A stretch of 64,000 bases of DNA from Camelus ferus (taxonomy: Eukaryota): the NCBI RefSeq assembly GCF_009834535.1, contig NC_045697.1, positions 61,506,001-61,570,000 on the forward strand, in the 5' to 3' direction. Below the pieces are notes generated by a model. That model did no database searches. It was not told the DNA's origin and worked only from the letters and a program-made list of their open reading frames with translations. The translations under genes and the position numbers were made by a program. Of this stretch, positions 12,600 through 24,408 are shown in pieces; position 1 is the stretch's first letter, and the number at the start of each line of letters is the position of its first letter.

Positions 12600-13357
12600 T
12601 CGTTTCATTACTGTTCTGCAGCTAATTTCCACTTTTATCTGGGCTTCCCAATATAATAAGCTTCACAGACAGATATCTGCAGTCCCTACTGGCCCTGAGT
12701 TGACATGCCTGAATTTTGGTAGTAAAAGACAGTGATAATTCATAAACCAATATGTATGTATTAAATGTCTACTCTGTGTCTAAATACTGGGGAAAAGTAG
12801 TAATTGAAGTGAATAAAAATGCTAACCCTCATGAGCTTACATTATCTCAGCATCTTCTCACAGGCTTGTGAGAAGAAAGAATAGCCACCTGTCTCTGTTA
12901 GAGAGTAAGAAGAGCATCCAGAAGATCCTTGTGATTAGAAACATCTCCTGTATTCAGGTCACATATTATTAATAGAGATTCAGACATGAGTTAATCCTCT
13001 AACCCTCCTAAACATATTAATAGTATATTAAATATATGTAATTTTTGGAAAGAATGATATATTGAGACATAAGAGCGTCTGTGTGAATCTACCTGTCAGA
13101 TCCCTTTCTTTGAGATGGGAAGGTGATAGTACATAGAGGATGAAAGAGTCCTTGAGGACAGAAAATGTACACAGATGGAGGACAAAAATAAAAAAATATT
13201 TCCCACTTCATAATTTTACTTCAGACATCAATGCACATCATGCTAAGTAATTTTGTATTTATATGTACAAAACTCTAAGGAAAAAATCTTACCAAAAGCC
13301 AACGTTCCACTCTAGAATATTAGATGATGAGTTCATTTTCCAGCCATTACACTGCAA

Positions 13358-13846
13358 GATTTTCCTTGGCTTACCATAGGGTTATGTTCCAATAAACCCA
13401 CTATAAGACAACAATGCACTTAATACACCTAACCTACCGAACATCATAGCTGAGCCTAGCCTACCTTAAATGTGCTCAAAACACTCACATTACTCTACAG
13501 TTGGGCAAAATCATCTAATGCAAAGCCTATTCTATAATAAAGTGTTGAATACTTCATTTAATTGATTGAAAACAGTATGAAAGTGTAAAATGGAACGGTT
13601 ATATGGGTCCAGAATGGTTGTAAGCATATCACTTGTTCACCCTTGTGATCGTGTGGCTGACTGGGAGCTGAAGCTTGCTACCGCTGCACAGCATCACGAG
13701 AGAGTATCCTACTGTGTATCACTGGCCTCCAGAAAAGATAAAAATTCAAAAATCAAAATTCTAAGTACAGTTTCCACTGAATGTGTATTGCTTTTGCACC
13801 ATTATAAAGCCTTAAGTCGAATTACCACAAGTTAGGAACCATTTTA
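13358..13846 (+). mobile_element. Tigger5/MER47-family non-autonomous DNA transposon (TcMar-Tigger)
   Basis: aatacacctaacctaccgaacatcatagc..cctagcctaccttaaatgtgctca and gatcgtgtggctgactgggagctg match recalled MER47A/B sequence; degenerate terminal inverted repeats. Confidence 0.85.
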
Positions 13847-15964
13847 TGTCAAAAGAAATATTGAATCTCTAACTTCATGTGATGGAGATCAATTTTGTAT
13901 GTCTCCAAAACCACCTATTGTACAACTGATCAGCCTCACATTAACCCTTCTCAAAGCTGAAAAATAAAAAATACTCTTGAACCTTAGTTCAAGGAAATGG
14001 TTTCTTGCCTCCTCCACCTGACTTGGAATTGTTAAATTCAGTAGGTAAGGAGATTATAAGTTTAAACAATGAGATTTTATATGGGAGTTTTCTAAGTTTA
14101 GTTTGCTGTTTCCAGTGTTCCTATAAAAGAGGAAACAGTATGAAGAAACCTAGTCCCTATTATCACCTATCAGTAGCTAGAGCACTAAAAAGGGCTTTTT
14201 ATTTAAATTTAAATAAATAAATATTTATTTGTTAATTTATTTAAAGACCCCACATAGCTCTTCAGAGCTGTTCTCAGAAATTGAATGTTTCATATAAAAA
14301 CTCTAAAATGATCTTTATGTAAAATGAGTTTGTGTTCCTAATTATTAAATCTCTTATCTTCCTATTAGGAAAATATACTAACCATTATTTCTTAAATTTG
14401 CAGAAATTTACATTCTTACAGGTTTATCATCTGCCTCCCGTATGTTATGACGAAAATGACAGTGAATACCATAAATAGTGAAAATTAACCACTCATATCT
14501 GGGCTGGTTAAACAACGCCTGAACTTTTGTTAGCTCTGTATGTCCACAAATACATAGACGTTTTAGCTAGAGAGGCTTAAATCTTATCTAGTCCAAGGCC
14601 TTCATTTTACAGATGAGAAAACGGAGGCCTACAAAGGTTATGGAAATCCATACTAACATTAGAAAAACAATGCAAGTATACCATCCCTCGAAGTTGAGTC
14701 AGTGTCAGCCCTATATACCTACTAAGTTTAATGTTTTTAAATTAAAGAACTGGATTGGATTTCAACTTTTGATCTAAATCAGATGAATGAGTGTTGATTA
14801 GTTCTAGAATAGACATCAGATAAAAATAAACAAGGGTCAAAATCTGTTTTTTAACAAGTATTTTAACTTCCCACTGAGTATAGTTAATTGCTCTTATTCA
14901 TGTAGCCCGGCCAGGCCATGACTTGGGGAAGCAAACACTTTATTTGCTAAGCAAAATACTTCGGGAAGCAAATATTTTTATTCTGTTTTGAAAATGGGTT
15001 TACTTCTGTTAAATTAGTTATCCCGAGAGAGGGTAAAAGCTAATTCAGGGCTTGTTTATCTATTCAGAGGGATACATTCCTATTCTGCCTGCACTGCAGA
15101 AATTTGAGGAAACTCAGGTCCAAGGCTTTAATGCTGAAACTTTAAATCTGTTCATTGACTCTTTACAGGATTAACTTTCTAAGTATGCTTAAGTTCTGAG
15201 GCATTTGTTTGCCATGGAAGTCAGAGTCCTTAAGCCTAATCAGGAGCTGTTGCTGCAGTTTATTTATAGTTCAGAAGGTCAAACTGATTCGCTTAATTGG
15301 AAAACACTGCTTCCTAGTCTATGCACCTATTGATGTACTGTACACTTGACGCGATTAGTTACCAGGGTGAGATTCTAATATGACCTTTGTTAATAATGTA
15401 CATTCTCCATAATGGGCTGTTTGCAGTTTCTAAGAGCCGTTTACATGATGTGCTTGGTAATCAGTTATACAGTACAATTCCTATGGTGGAGAGAAAGATC
15501 CACTTTAATTGGAATAGTGCAGAAGGCTCAAATATGAGAAAATTTTGGTAGTCTGTGGCTGATTTCTTGCAGACTTCCACATATGCTTTTAAAATGGAAA
15601 AAGCATGCTTGTACAACTCGCCTGACATCATGCACTTTCCATTTGGAAAGCTGCAGTAAAAGATATGAACACATCATGAGGGGAAGAGTATAAGGTGACA
15701 GAATGGGAAAATTATTTGCCCAGTTAGACAAATATTGCTCATAGCATGACCATACCTCATTCACGCTGCAGCAAAGGACACACATGGACACACACACACA
15801 CATGAGCTTGCTCTTAGAATTTCTATTTAAAAGAGTACTACCATCAAACCATTCGGCCAGATTCATTTTAAAGAATACCATTTGTGGATTTTCATGTTGC
15901 TTATGGGGCACGGAAGACTAGAATGTCCATTTTAAAAAGAAACAACAAAGTACACTCTTTAAGG

Positions 15965-16170
15965 TGAGTAGCACAATGTTATGGAAAATTCAAAAAGTTC
16001 CTTGGACTTTGAGTCAGGCATCCCGAAATCATTGTTGGCTTTACCACTTATTTTCTGTGTGATTTTGGTCAAGGTAATTAACCTCTTTGAGGCTCTGCTC
16101 ATTCATCTATGAAATGAGAATAATAATAGATATCTCATAGGTGTGAGTATTAAATAAAGTGGCACACAGC
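15965..16170 (+). mobile_element. MIR SINE
   Basis: ggactttgagtcag..accacttattttctgtgtgattttggtcaaggtaattaacctctttgag..catctatgaaatgagaataataata. Confidence 0.75.
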
Positions 16171-17421
16171 CTGCTTTACTACAACGTAAGAGTTCCTAAG
16201 AGAACACAAAACAAAATCAAAATATTAACATAACCGTTTAGTTGTATTCATTTTCTAATAAAACTAGTGAGAGAAAAAAGGAATTAAGAGCCAGGGAAAT
16301 TCAGACCAGAAAAAAAAAAGTTATTTTTCCTGCAATATTTAAATTTAAAAATGCTTTCATAACTACAAAAACTAAAAACTAAAAACTAAATATCAGATTC
16401 AGAAACTAAACATCCCTAAGACACCCAATCTTTAAAATTTTCTTTCATTTACTCATTGTCTTTTCTCACTACCACAGTGCTTCTTACATGGTCTTATACC
16501 CAGTCATATTTCCAACAAAACATAAAGCCGTTAAAATAAAATATCCTTGCTGCTAAACAATAGCATATTTTTTTCAGAATCTAGTTACTATCAAGAGTGG
16601 CCTGCATAATGTAGATGTTCCCATACCTGTATGCCTACAACAATCATTTAGCAAGATTCTTAAGACTCTAGATTTTAGACCTTATTCCAGACTTGCTGAT
16701 GCAGTAAGTCTCTTACAAGGCCAAAGATCTATATTTCAATACGCATATCTTTGTTCTATCCAAAATAATAGCCTCCAGCAAAAATAATACATAAGAAGCA
16801 AATCTGAATCACGTTGCTATTGCCTATAAATTAAGCTCAAAATTATTTTATTAAGCTTTATCCTGAGAATTAATGATGGCATAAGAACTGGATAAGATTT
16901 TAGAATAGTTACTTTTAAAACAAAATTGTAAAAGGAATTATCAGTTACTTGTGGTTAATAATGCACAATTCATCTTAATAGTGGTGTGGCAAAATTATGC
17001 AATGAAATAGGTGGAGGCCTCATAAGCCCTCTGTGCCATTACCTGCAGAAAAAGAACATGTTTCAACTTCTAGGCTCTTTATTTTCAAGGTTTTCACACT
17101 AATCTCACAAAACCTTTTTTTAGATGTTGTATCCGTCACTTGAATTGAGAGACTAACAGATGCTTCATGCCTCATGTTTCCACACCCTCCTTGCTAAGTG
17201 TGTATTGCTTCTATCTCTATTTTTTTTTATCATGTGTAATGTTAAAACATTTCTTTAAGTGGAAAACTAAATTCTAAGCCTCCTCTGGTTAAAAAAAAAG
17301 TTTGTTTTTTTCGCAGGATATGTTTTCTGAGCAAGATGCCTCTACATTTTTCTTAAATTGAACATTCACATGTTTTCAGAATGGAACAAATAAATTTCAA
17401 GATTTGAAAGCAGAGCCATAC

Positions 17422-17507
17422 CGACATTTAGTTGGCCAAGTACCAGAAGGCCTCTTCAGAGTGACAGCGTCACTGACTTCACATACACTAGAGCTGGTGC
17501 TATGGCC
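17422..17507 (-). CDS. Candidate internal coding exon (86 nt)
   Basis: Acceptor ttctcttactttgctaccag, donor CG|gtatgg; one open frame GHSTSSSVCEVSDAVTLKRPSGTWPTKC(R), phase 0 to 2, compatible with 10089-10120. Confidence 0.25.
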
Positions 17508-17679
17508 CTGGTAGCAAAGTAAGAGAATCTATATGTACTGGAGACCCTATAGAGATAGAAAGTTTTTCATAATCAACCTTCCACAGTATCCCTGTAACTT
17601 CCTTGCTAAAGATCTCTACAGTAAATGAAACATATTAGAATGAGCCACTCAAGTTACTAAAGTGGATATAATGATATGG

Positions 17680-17875
17680 TAGTATTGCAGAAAGAAAGCA
17701 ATCTTTAAAATTAGAGTACCTGATCCAAGTCACATCCATGTTACTTATAAAGTAGTGACCATAGGTAGTCACATGCTTTCTCTGGATTTTGTATTCTCAG
17801 CTTTAAACTGAAAATCATAGCAGAGTTAACCACATTGGGTGGGAGCAATATGCAAGACAAAATATGTGAGAAAGA
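17680..17875 (+). mobile_element. MIR SINE fragment
   Basis: ttagagtacctgatccaagtc..ttacttat..gtgaccataggtagtcacat..tctctggattt. Confidence 0.5.
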
Positions 17876-18511
17876 ATTAATAAACAGCCCTGAAGATGAA
17901 GATTCCTCCATCTTTCACATTTGATCTTTATATGAATATAGTAGTTCTCAATTTAACAAAAAAAAAATAGTAGGAACTACTTTTTTTCACGTATTTATGT
18001 AGAAAAATAATCTGAATCATTAAATTAAAACATAAAAATAAAAATCCAGAGAGACACTAATAATTTTAGCACAGGTGCTGCAAACAACTGAAGAAAGTGG
18101 AGACACAGGATCAAGCCTATCTGCTTTTCCAGTTCTTAATCTGTTTCCCAAAATTGATTTCTTTAAATTTAACTGGAAAGTAATAAAAATAAAAACATGG
18201 CTTTCACCACATCTGTCTTATTTTTCAGTTCTTTCTAATGCTCTTTGTATTGATTCCCATCTCTCAGATTCATTGTGGCTCTGGTAATGGTGACTAATTT
18301 AAGTGCTTGAGATTGGAAAAGGTGACATTAGGTAAAAGAGGGTAACAGACCTACTGTGCTTGGTGTCCCCAGCACCCTCTCCACTGACTTTTTGCACAAG
18401 AAAGGAGGAAAAGAAGTTTTTCCCATAACTGGTCATTTTTATGTTGTTTTAATATATTGAGCAGGATCTGGTCATTATTATATAATCCAGGGCAAAAATA
18501 TAGCAACATGG

Positions 18512-18994
18512 TGAGACAGGAGGGAAGAAGGCAGAGCACAATCATTAAAAGAATGATGCAGCAATTGAGGATAGGACATAAGCTGGTTAGAACCAACTCA
18601 GCCCAAGATGGCAGAAGATTCAACTTCCAGTAGAATTTGAGCCTCATTATAGGCTCATTGTAATACATTAGCATGCTAAATGACACACCCACAGGTGCTA
18701 TGACAGCTCCTAGGTGGACTATAAAAGTCTAAAAATTGAGTGGGTGCCCAATTCCTGGAAATCCTTGCCCCTTCACCAAAACAGGTGGAACAATCCTCCC
18801 ACTTGCTCACATATGAAATTACCCAGCTTATAAAAACTAACAAGCCCATACCCTGGGTGGCCTCTCTTGCTTCCTGAGATGGCCCACAACCTGTCTATCA
18901 AATATGTATCTCCCTGAATAAATCTACTTTCACTTTACTATGGCTTGCTCTTGAATTCTTTCCTGTGCGAGACATGTACCTATTCTCTGGCAAC
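18512..18994 (+). mobile_element. MER41-like ERV1 solo LTR
   Basis: tgagacaggagg..cccaagatggc..cacccacaggtgctatgacag..aataaatctactttcactttactatggcttgctcttgaattctttcctgtgcgag..caaca matches the recalled MER41 organisation. Confidence 0.8.
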
Positions 18995-19695
18995 AATAGA
19001 ATTGATGGCAAAGTAAGAGATTCAACCTAGAACCTCAAAATTAGATGTGAGTGGCATGGCTTACCACAGCTGCTTTTACAACTACACAAGATTTTGCTAA
19101 AGTTCTCAGTGATGTGGATGTGGGATGATGTGGGTACCTAGGTTCAGAAAGCCTTCATTCAGAAATTCTTAGCATAGTAGATCCCACCTGGGTGAAGGTG
19201 GCACTCATTGCTATCACTTGAGCATCTTTTTCTTAATGGAACTGAGAAAAACTGCAGCACTAACTGAACAACTCCAGCCAGATACATCCCTTTATCCTTT
19301 GCTGAAACCTGTATCCTCTGAGCTTTTTGCAATGAACTATGGTTTGTATAAGATTCTATGTTATGACTCTAATTTTTACCAATTCCCAACCCCAGTGGGA
19401 CTAAATCTGGGCTATTTTCTCAATAAATGTATCACCAAAAATAAGGATTTATAAAACATATTTGATTGTTATTTAATGATAAATTTTAGTCAAATGCAAT
19501 TTCCCCACTCTGCTGTCTTCTATCCCCATGTCTTAACCTCTTTTCTGCCAATAGAAAGAAAAATGCAATTGGAACTTATTTAACTCTTTCAATGCCACAT
19601 TGCCAGAAAGACTTAATTCATGCCATACAATCTATTGTTTGTTTTCTCTTCGCAACCTCAAGTTACCTCTGTTCTTATTCACAAACTTCATTCAC

Positions 19696-19836
19696 TTTTT
19701 TTTCTTTTTTTAAAGGTTTTTTTGGGGGGATGGGGAGGTAACTAGGTTTATTTATTTATTTTTAGAGGCGGTACTGGGGATTGAACCCAGGACTTCATGC
19801 ATGCTAAGCATGAGCTCTACCACTTCAGCTATATCC
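19696..19836 (-). mobile_element. Vic-1-type camelid SINE (tRNA-derived)
   Basis: Reverse complement reads ggatatagctgaagtggtagagctcatgcttagcatgcatgaagtcctgggttcaatccccagtacc (A and B boxes) plus A-rich tail; TSD cattcacttt at 19689 and 19836. Confidence 0.9.
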
Positions 19837-20834
19837 ATTCACTTTCAATGATCACTCTCATTATGTAGCTCACGTTGTTTCTCTGGCCAAGTATTAACTG
19901 AGTGGCCCTTATTTTCCTTATTTTTTATTAGTTGTAGCCCTAGAGTTCTCATTTCTTTCCCATTTTCAATCTTTTCTCTAAATTGTCCCCAAGCCTCTCA
20001 TTCTTCAACCATAGGTGTGTGTGTTGTCTGTGTGCATGTGTGTGACTATGTCTGTAAAAAAAGTAAGTTGATCTGCAAGAATATAAAGATAAAAAAATTA
20101 AAATTACCCTGTAACATTTACACTGATTGGTACAATATAAAATGAAAGAGAAGGAATATCTTCTATACTAATGGGATCAAACTGTTCAACTAGTTTAGTC
20201 AGTAATATTACATAGCTAAGGAAAGACTGAAATATCAGCAATGGGAATAAGGAAAAAGGAAGTCCTAATACAAGCTTTGATAATCCATGTGCATCAACAT
20301 TTAAACCCTTTAAAATGCATCTCCAGAGACACAAAGAACCCAGTTAGTTGCTAGTGAGACATGCTCTGCTGAGAGGCAGATATTACAGACTCTTCCCTGA
20401 TCTGTAAATAGTATCACTCACAACTGTTTGCCTTCATAATTCAATTTGTACCAAACATTGTTATAATTAAATTTAGATGCCCAGTTACATTTATATGAAG
20501 AATGAACTTTTATATCAGAGGATGCACATTGTATTTTTATAAAAAAAAAAAAAAAAGGAAAGAAATGTATCATTGTAGAGAAATAATTTGGCATCCTGGA
20601 GTATAAGTGTGTCTCTAGTAAATTAAAAAAGAATATCTAACCATCTCCATATTGACTGACGAAACCCAGCTTACATGCTTGCCAAGCCCCCAAACTTGTA
20701 TCATCAAAATAACGTCGTCCTATAAAAGCTCTTTTGTCTAGCCAAATGACAACAAAAGTATCTCAGGTTTTTTCCTTTACAAACTTGAATATCAAAAAAA
20801 AATTAAAAACATGTTTTTTTTCTAAAAACTTAGG

Positions 20835-21600
20835 AATATTAAGAGCAGCAAGAGAAAAGCAACTTGTTTCATACAAGAGAACCCACATAGCACTGTCAGC
20901 AGATTTTTACACATGAATTTTGCAGGCCAGGTGGAGTGGAATGATATTTTCAAAGTGCTAAAAGAAAAAAAAGAAAGAAAGAAAAAACTTCTAGCAAAGA
21001 ATACTCTACACAGCAAATTCAACATCCAGAATTGAAGATAGTTTTCCAGACTAGCAAAAACTAAAGAAGTTCATGACCAGTAAACCAGCATTACAAGAAA
21101 TGTTAAGGGGACTTCTTCAAGCTGAAAAGAAAAGGGCATTAATTGGTAACAAGAACATATATAAAATAATAAATCTCATTGGAGAAGTAAATGCATAATA
21201 CATAATTAATTACTTATAAAGCTAGTATGATGGTTGAAAGACAAAAATTGTAAAAATAACTATGATTACAATAACCAGTTAATATATACACAATAGAATA
21301 TTATTTAGCCATAAAAAGAAGAAAATTGTACTACTTGCAACAACATAGATGAACCTCAAGAGCATTATGCGAAGTGAAGTAAGTCAGACAAATACTGTAT
21401 AATCTCTTATATGCGAAATCTAAAAACAAAACAAAACAAAGCCAAGGTTATTAGATACAAAAAATAGATTGGTAGTTGTAAAAGGCAGGGTATAGGGGTG
21501 GGAGAAATGAGTAAACTGGTTTTGTATGTTTTTTTTGTTTTGTTTTGTTTTTTGTTCTTATTTAAATAAATTAAATGATAATTTAAAAGTAAAATAACAA
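20835..21600 (+). mobile_element. Half-L1 (HAL1)-like or internally deleted L1: ORF1 3' part joined to the L1 3' end
   Basis: ORF1-like ILRAAREKQLVSYKRTHIALSADF followed by inter-ORF sequence, then at ~21288 directly the ORF2 terminus and 3' UTR (acaatagaatattatttagccataaaaag..gtgaagtaagtcagaca). Confidence 0.75.
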
Positions 21601-21864
21601 AAATTAAGAGAAAATTACTGGGAAACCTTTAGCTATCTGAATATCACATTGCCCTCCAAATCATATTCATTATATAGTTCTTGCTGGACATGAATATTTT
21701 TGTTTATTAATTGATTCAAGATAAAATCTTTCAAAGATTTGGCTACTGTACACAATAGCTAGTTTTTCTGGTTATAATTTTGTCATAGAAAGTGTTAGAT
21801 TTTGTCCAATAGCTATTTTCTGCTGCTTTTTACTTGGTAATATATTTTTTTTTGAGATTGCATA

Positions 21865-22315
21865 GTGATTCGCCCCAAGGGAAAATCATAATTGGTTTAA
21901 GCCAGTCATAAACATTCTGTCCTCTTTTTGCAGACACTAATTTTTACAGCTTCTTATTTGCAGAAAGAGATGACCCAACCCAATCATTTTTCTGGCCAAT
22001 GAAACAGTAGGGTAAGTATTCTGCAGTGTAGAAAAGCTCTTGTTCCTTAATTAAAATAACAGATACATAAGGAGAGTTTACTCAGATCACCTCTTCTCCT
22101 GTTTCCTGTCTTTGGTAACGCTGTGAGAATGTGATGATTGGAGATGGTAAGCCATCTTCTGACCATGATAAGAAAGCCAAGATAATCACACAGGTGTCAG
22201 CCCAGTGAATTGAGAACTAACACCAACAACAGCCTATTTCTTGTCTTCATGCTTTGTAAGAAAACTATATCCCACATTTAATCCACCATTAACAGGTCAA
22301 AATTGTTCCTATACA
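21865..22315 (+). mobile_element. MaLR LTR (MLT1I/J-like)
   Basis: attggtttaagccagtca..ttctggccaatgaaac..gtgatgattggagatgg..gccatcttctgaccatga. Confidence 0.6.
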
Positions 22316-23669
22316 TTTATTCTGGATCAGGAAAATATAGAGAACCACTTTTATGTTATAGAAAACCTAGAGGAGCTGTGCATGTGTGTCTGTGACATCT
22401 ATATTTTCTTCTCAGGCATGTATTACTCCCACCCCAATTCATATTATCATGTATGTCTAAATTTATACTGTATCCCACATTCTGACATGATTTTTGATTG
22501 ATGGTTCAGTTGTTTTCCATGAAAGCAGTCTTGTTGAATATAACATGAACTTTGGCCAACATCAGCAATTCCCTTTGTCCAATGACAATTCCCAGTCTCA
22601 TTTTTAAGGTAAACATTTTGGATAGATAAATTGAGATTTTATCCAATAATCTCTTCACTCATTCATATTAATGTATTCATTATACAATGTAAAGTTGACT
22701 TTTGTATATACTCATATACATATTTTGAAATAGATTTAATAAATTACAGCAGTTATTATTCCAACACTGGCACAGTTAGTCATCAGGTCTTTGACCACTG
22801 AGGTTTCACAATATCTGTTCTATCCTAAAAGGGCTGGATCTATTTGTTTCCACAGTTGGTACATTCTGTTGCATATGAGGAACAACTACAAAATATCTCT
22901 GAAATTACTTTGCCATAAGAAATAACCAATTAAAACACAATAAAGAAAGAACAAAGAAACATCAACTTGTAAAAAAAAAGTTGGGGGGGTGGATTTAGAG
23001 GTTATTTCTACGTAACAATTTCAACAGACACTTCAGATTCAAAAGCCAGTACCTAACTTGTCTTAAATTACAAAAAAAGTTTAATGCCTTGACAACAAAA
23101 TTAATCTTCAAACCAAGCATTCAACAACACAGAAGTTGTGATGTTATTGTGCATATGTTTGTTTAAACAAGATAATTATCTCTGTCATTCCAAAAGCCAA
23201 TTCTTCTCCATTTTAGCATCTTCATTAAAACTACTGTCAAATCAGATAGTGCAACACAAATAGGAAATATACTGTCCACATAATCAAGATTTTTTAAAAG
23301 ACTATTTGCAAATTTTAACCTAAGGCAAACTGATATTTTTAAAGTTGGGACTTCTTGGAACCAATTGTGGAGAAGGTGCATTCTGCCATGCAGAGATGTG
23401 GGAAAGTTTTTCAAGAGGAAAGTAACAACAAAAGAATTAGAGATATAAAGTACAGGGCACATTTTGGGATTGCACAGTTAGGTTAAAGCAAGAGGGAATT
23501 AATCAGAATGATAAAAGACAAGGTATAAAGGGAAATAGATTCCAAACCACGGAAAGTCTTGAATGACATTCCAAATTCAATACTGATAGCTGATTGGGAT
23601 ACTATTGAATTTTTTTTATATTGTTTATCCATTTCTTATACTTGACATTAGAAACAGAGATTAGCTTAC

Positions 23670-23717
23670 CTATCTCATCATCCCCTTGGATTCCACATGA
23701 ACTTCGCACTTGTGAAT
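23670..23717 (-). CDS. Candidate exon (48 nt, phase 1-1)
   Basis: Branch-like actgac, weak acceptor ttgcaattag, donor TAG|gtaagc; open frame (D)SQVRSSCGIQGDDEI. Confidence 0.15.
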   Translation of the reverse strand: MHKCEVHVESKGMMR

Positions 23718-24249
23718 CTAATTGCAACCAACGGTCAGTCTCCAAATATTGGCCCAACATACCTCAAGTGTTATAAATTGCTTCCAAACCACTAAGACAT
23801 TCTCAAATGGGTTCTTCAATAGATGGCACATGAAAAGGACTTTTCCTAACCCACTTCTCTTCAATTAAAAGATTTTGCTTTTCACTGTGCATGTTTCTGA
23901 CTGCACTGTTTACAGAAGTGCATTCCAAGTGCATATGGGTAATTGTTCTTATGAAGAAGTAAGGCCTTAGTCATCCCCCATCACATGAAAGGTCAAGAAA
24001 CAAGATGAAATGATTACTGGTACCCTCTTCTCTACCAGAGAAAGACATCATTTATTTACCATCATACAAATATCATATCCAAACGATACCAATAAATGCA
24101 TACTGATTAATGCATAAAGAGTGAGTGTATAATATTTTGTAAGTCTCCTTCATAGATGAGACCTAGTAAAAGATACTGAGGACATCTATTCATAACAATA
24201 AAAAGTTGCCATGGAATTTCAATTTTCTTTTGTAATCCATGGCATGTCA

Positions 24250-24408
24250 TTTTTTTAAGTTACTTTGCTTATTTTTTTTAAATTTTTTGAAGAGGGGGCA
24301 GTAATTAGGTTTATTTATCAATTTTTTTTTAACAAAGGTACTGGGAATTAAACCCAGGACCTTGTGCATGCTAGGCATGCACTCTACCACTGAGCTACTA
24401 CCCTCCCC
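24250..24408 (-). mobile_element. Vic-1-type camelid SINE
   Basis: Reverse complement ggggagggtagtagctcagtggtagagtgcatgcctagcatgcacaaggtcctgggtttaattcccagtacc plus aaataaacctaattac tail. Confidence 0.9.

Noticed and set aside
15528..15911. 127-aa minus-strand ORF as a single-exon gene
   Set aside because: Non-ATG start, runs through a (GT)n stretch, no recognisable domain
17380..17519. Plus-strand exon-like segment (ttttcag...gtaaga)
   Set aside because: Stop codons in all three frames, and opposite to the inferred host strand
19770..19836. tRNA-like sequence (also at 24340-24408 and 32962-33035)
   Set aside because: These are SINE heads with tails and TSDs, not tRNA genes
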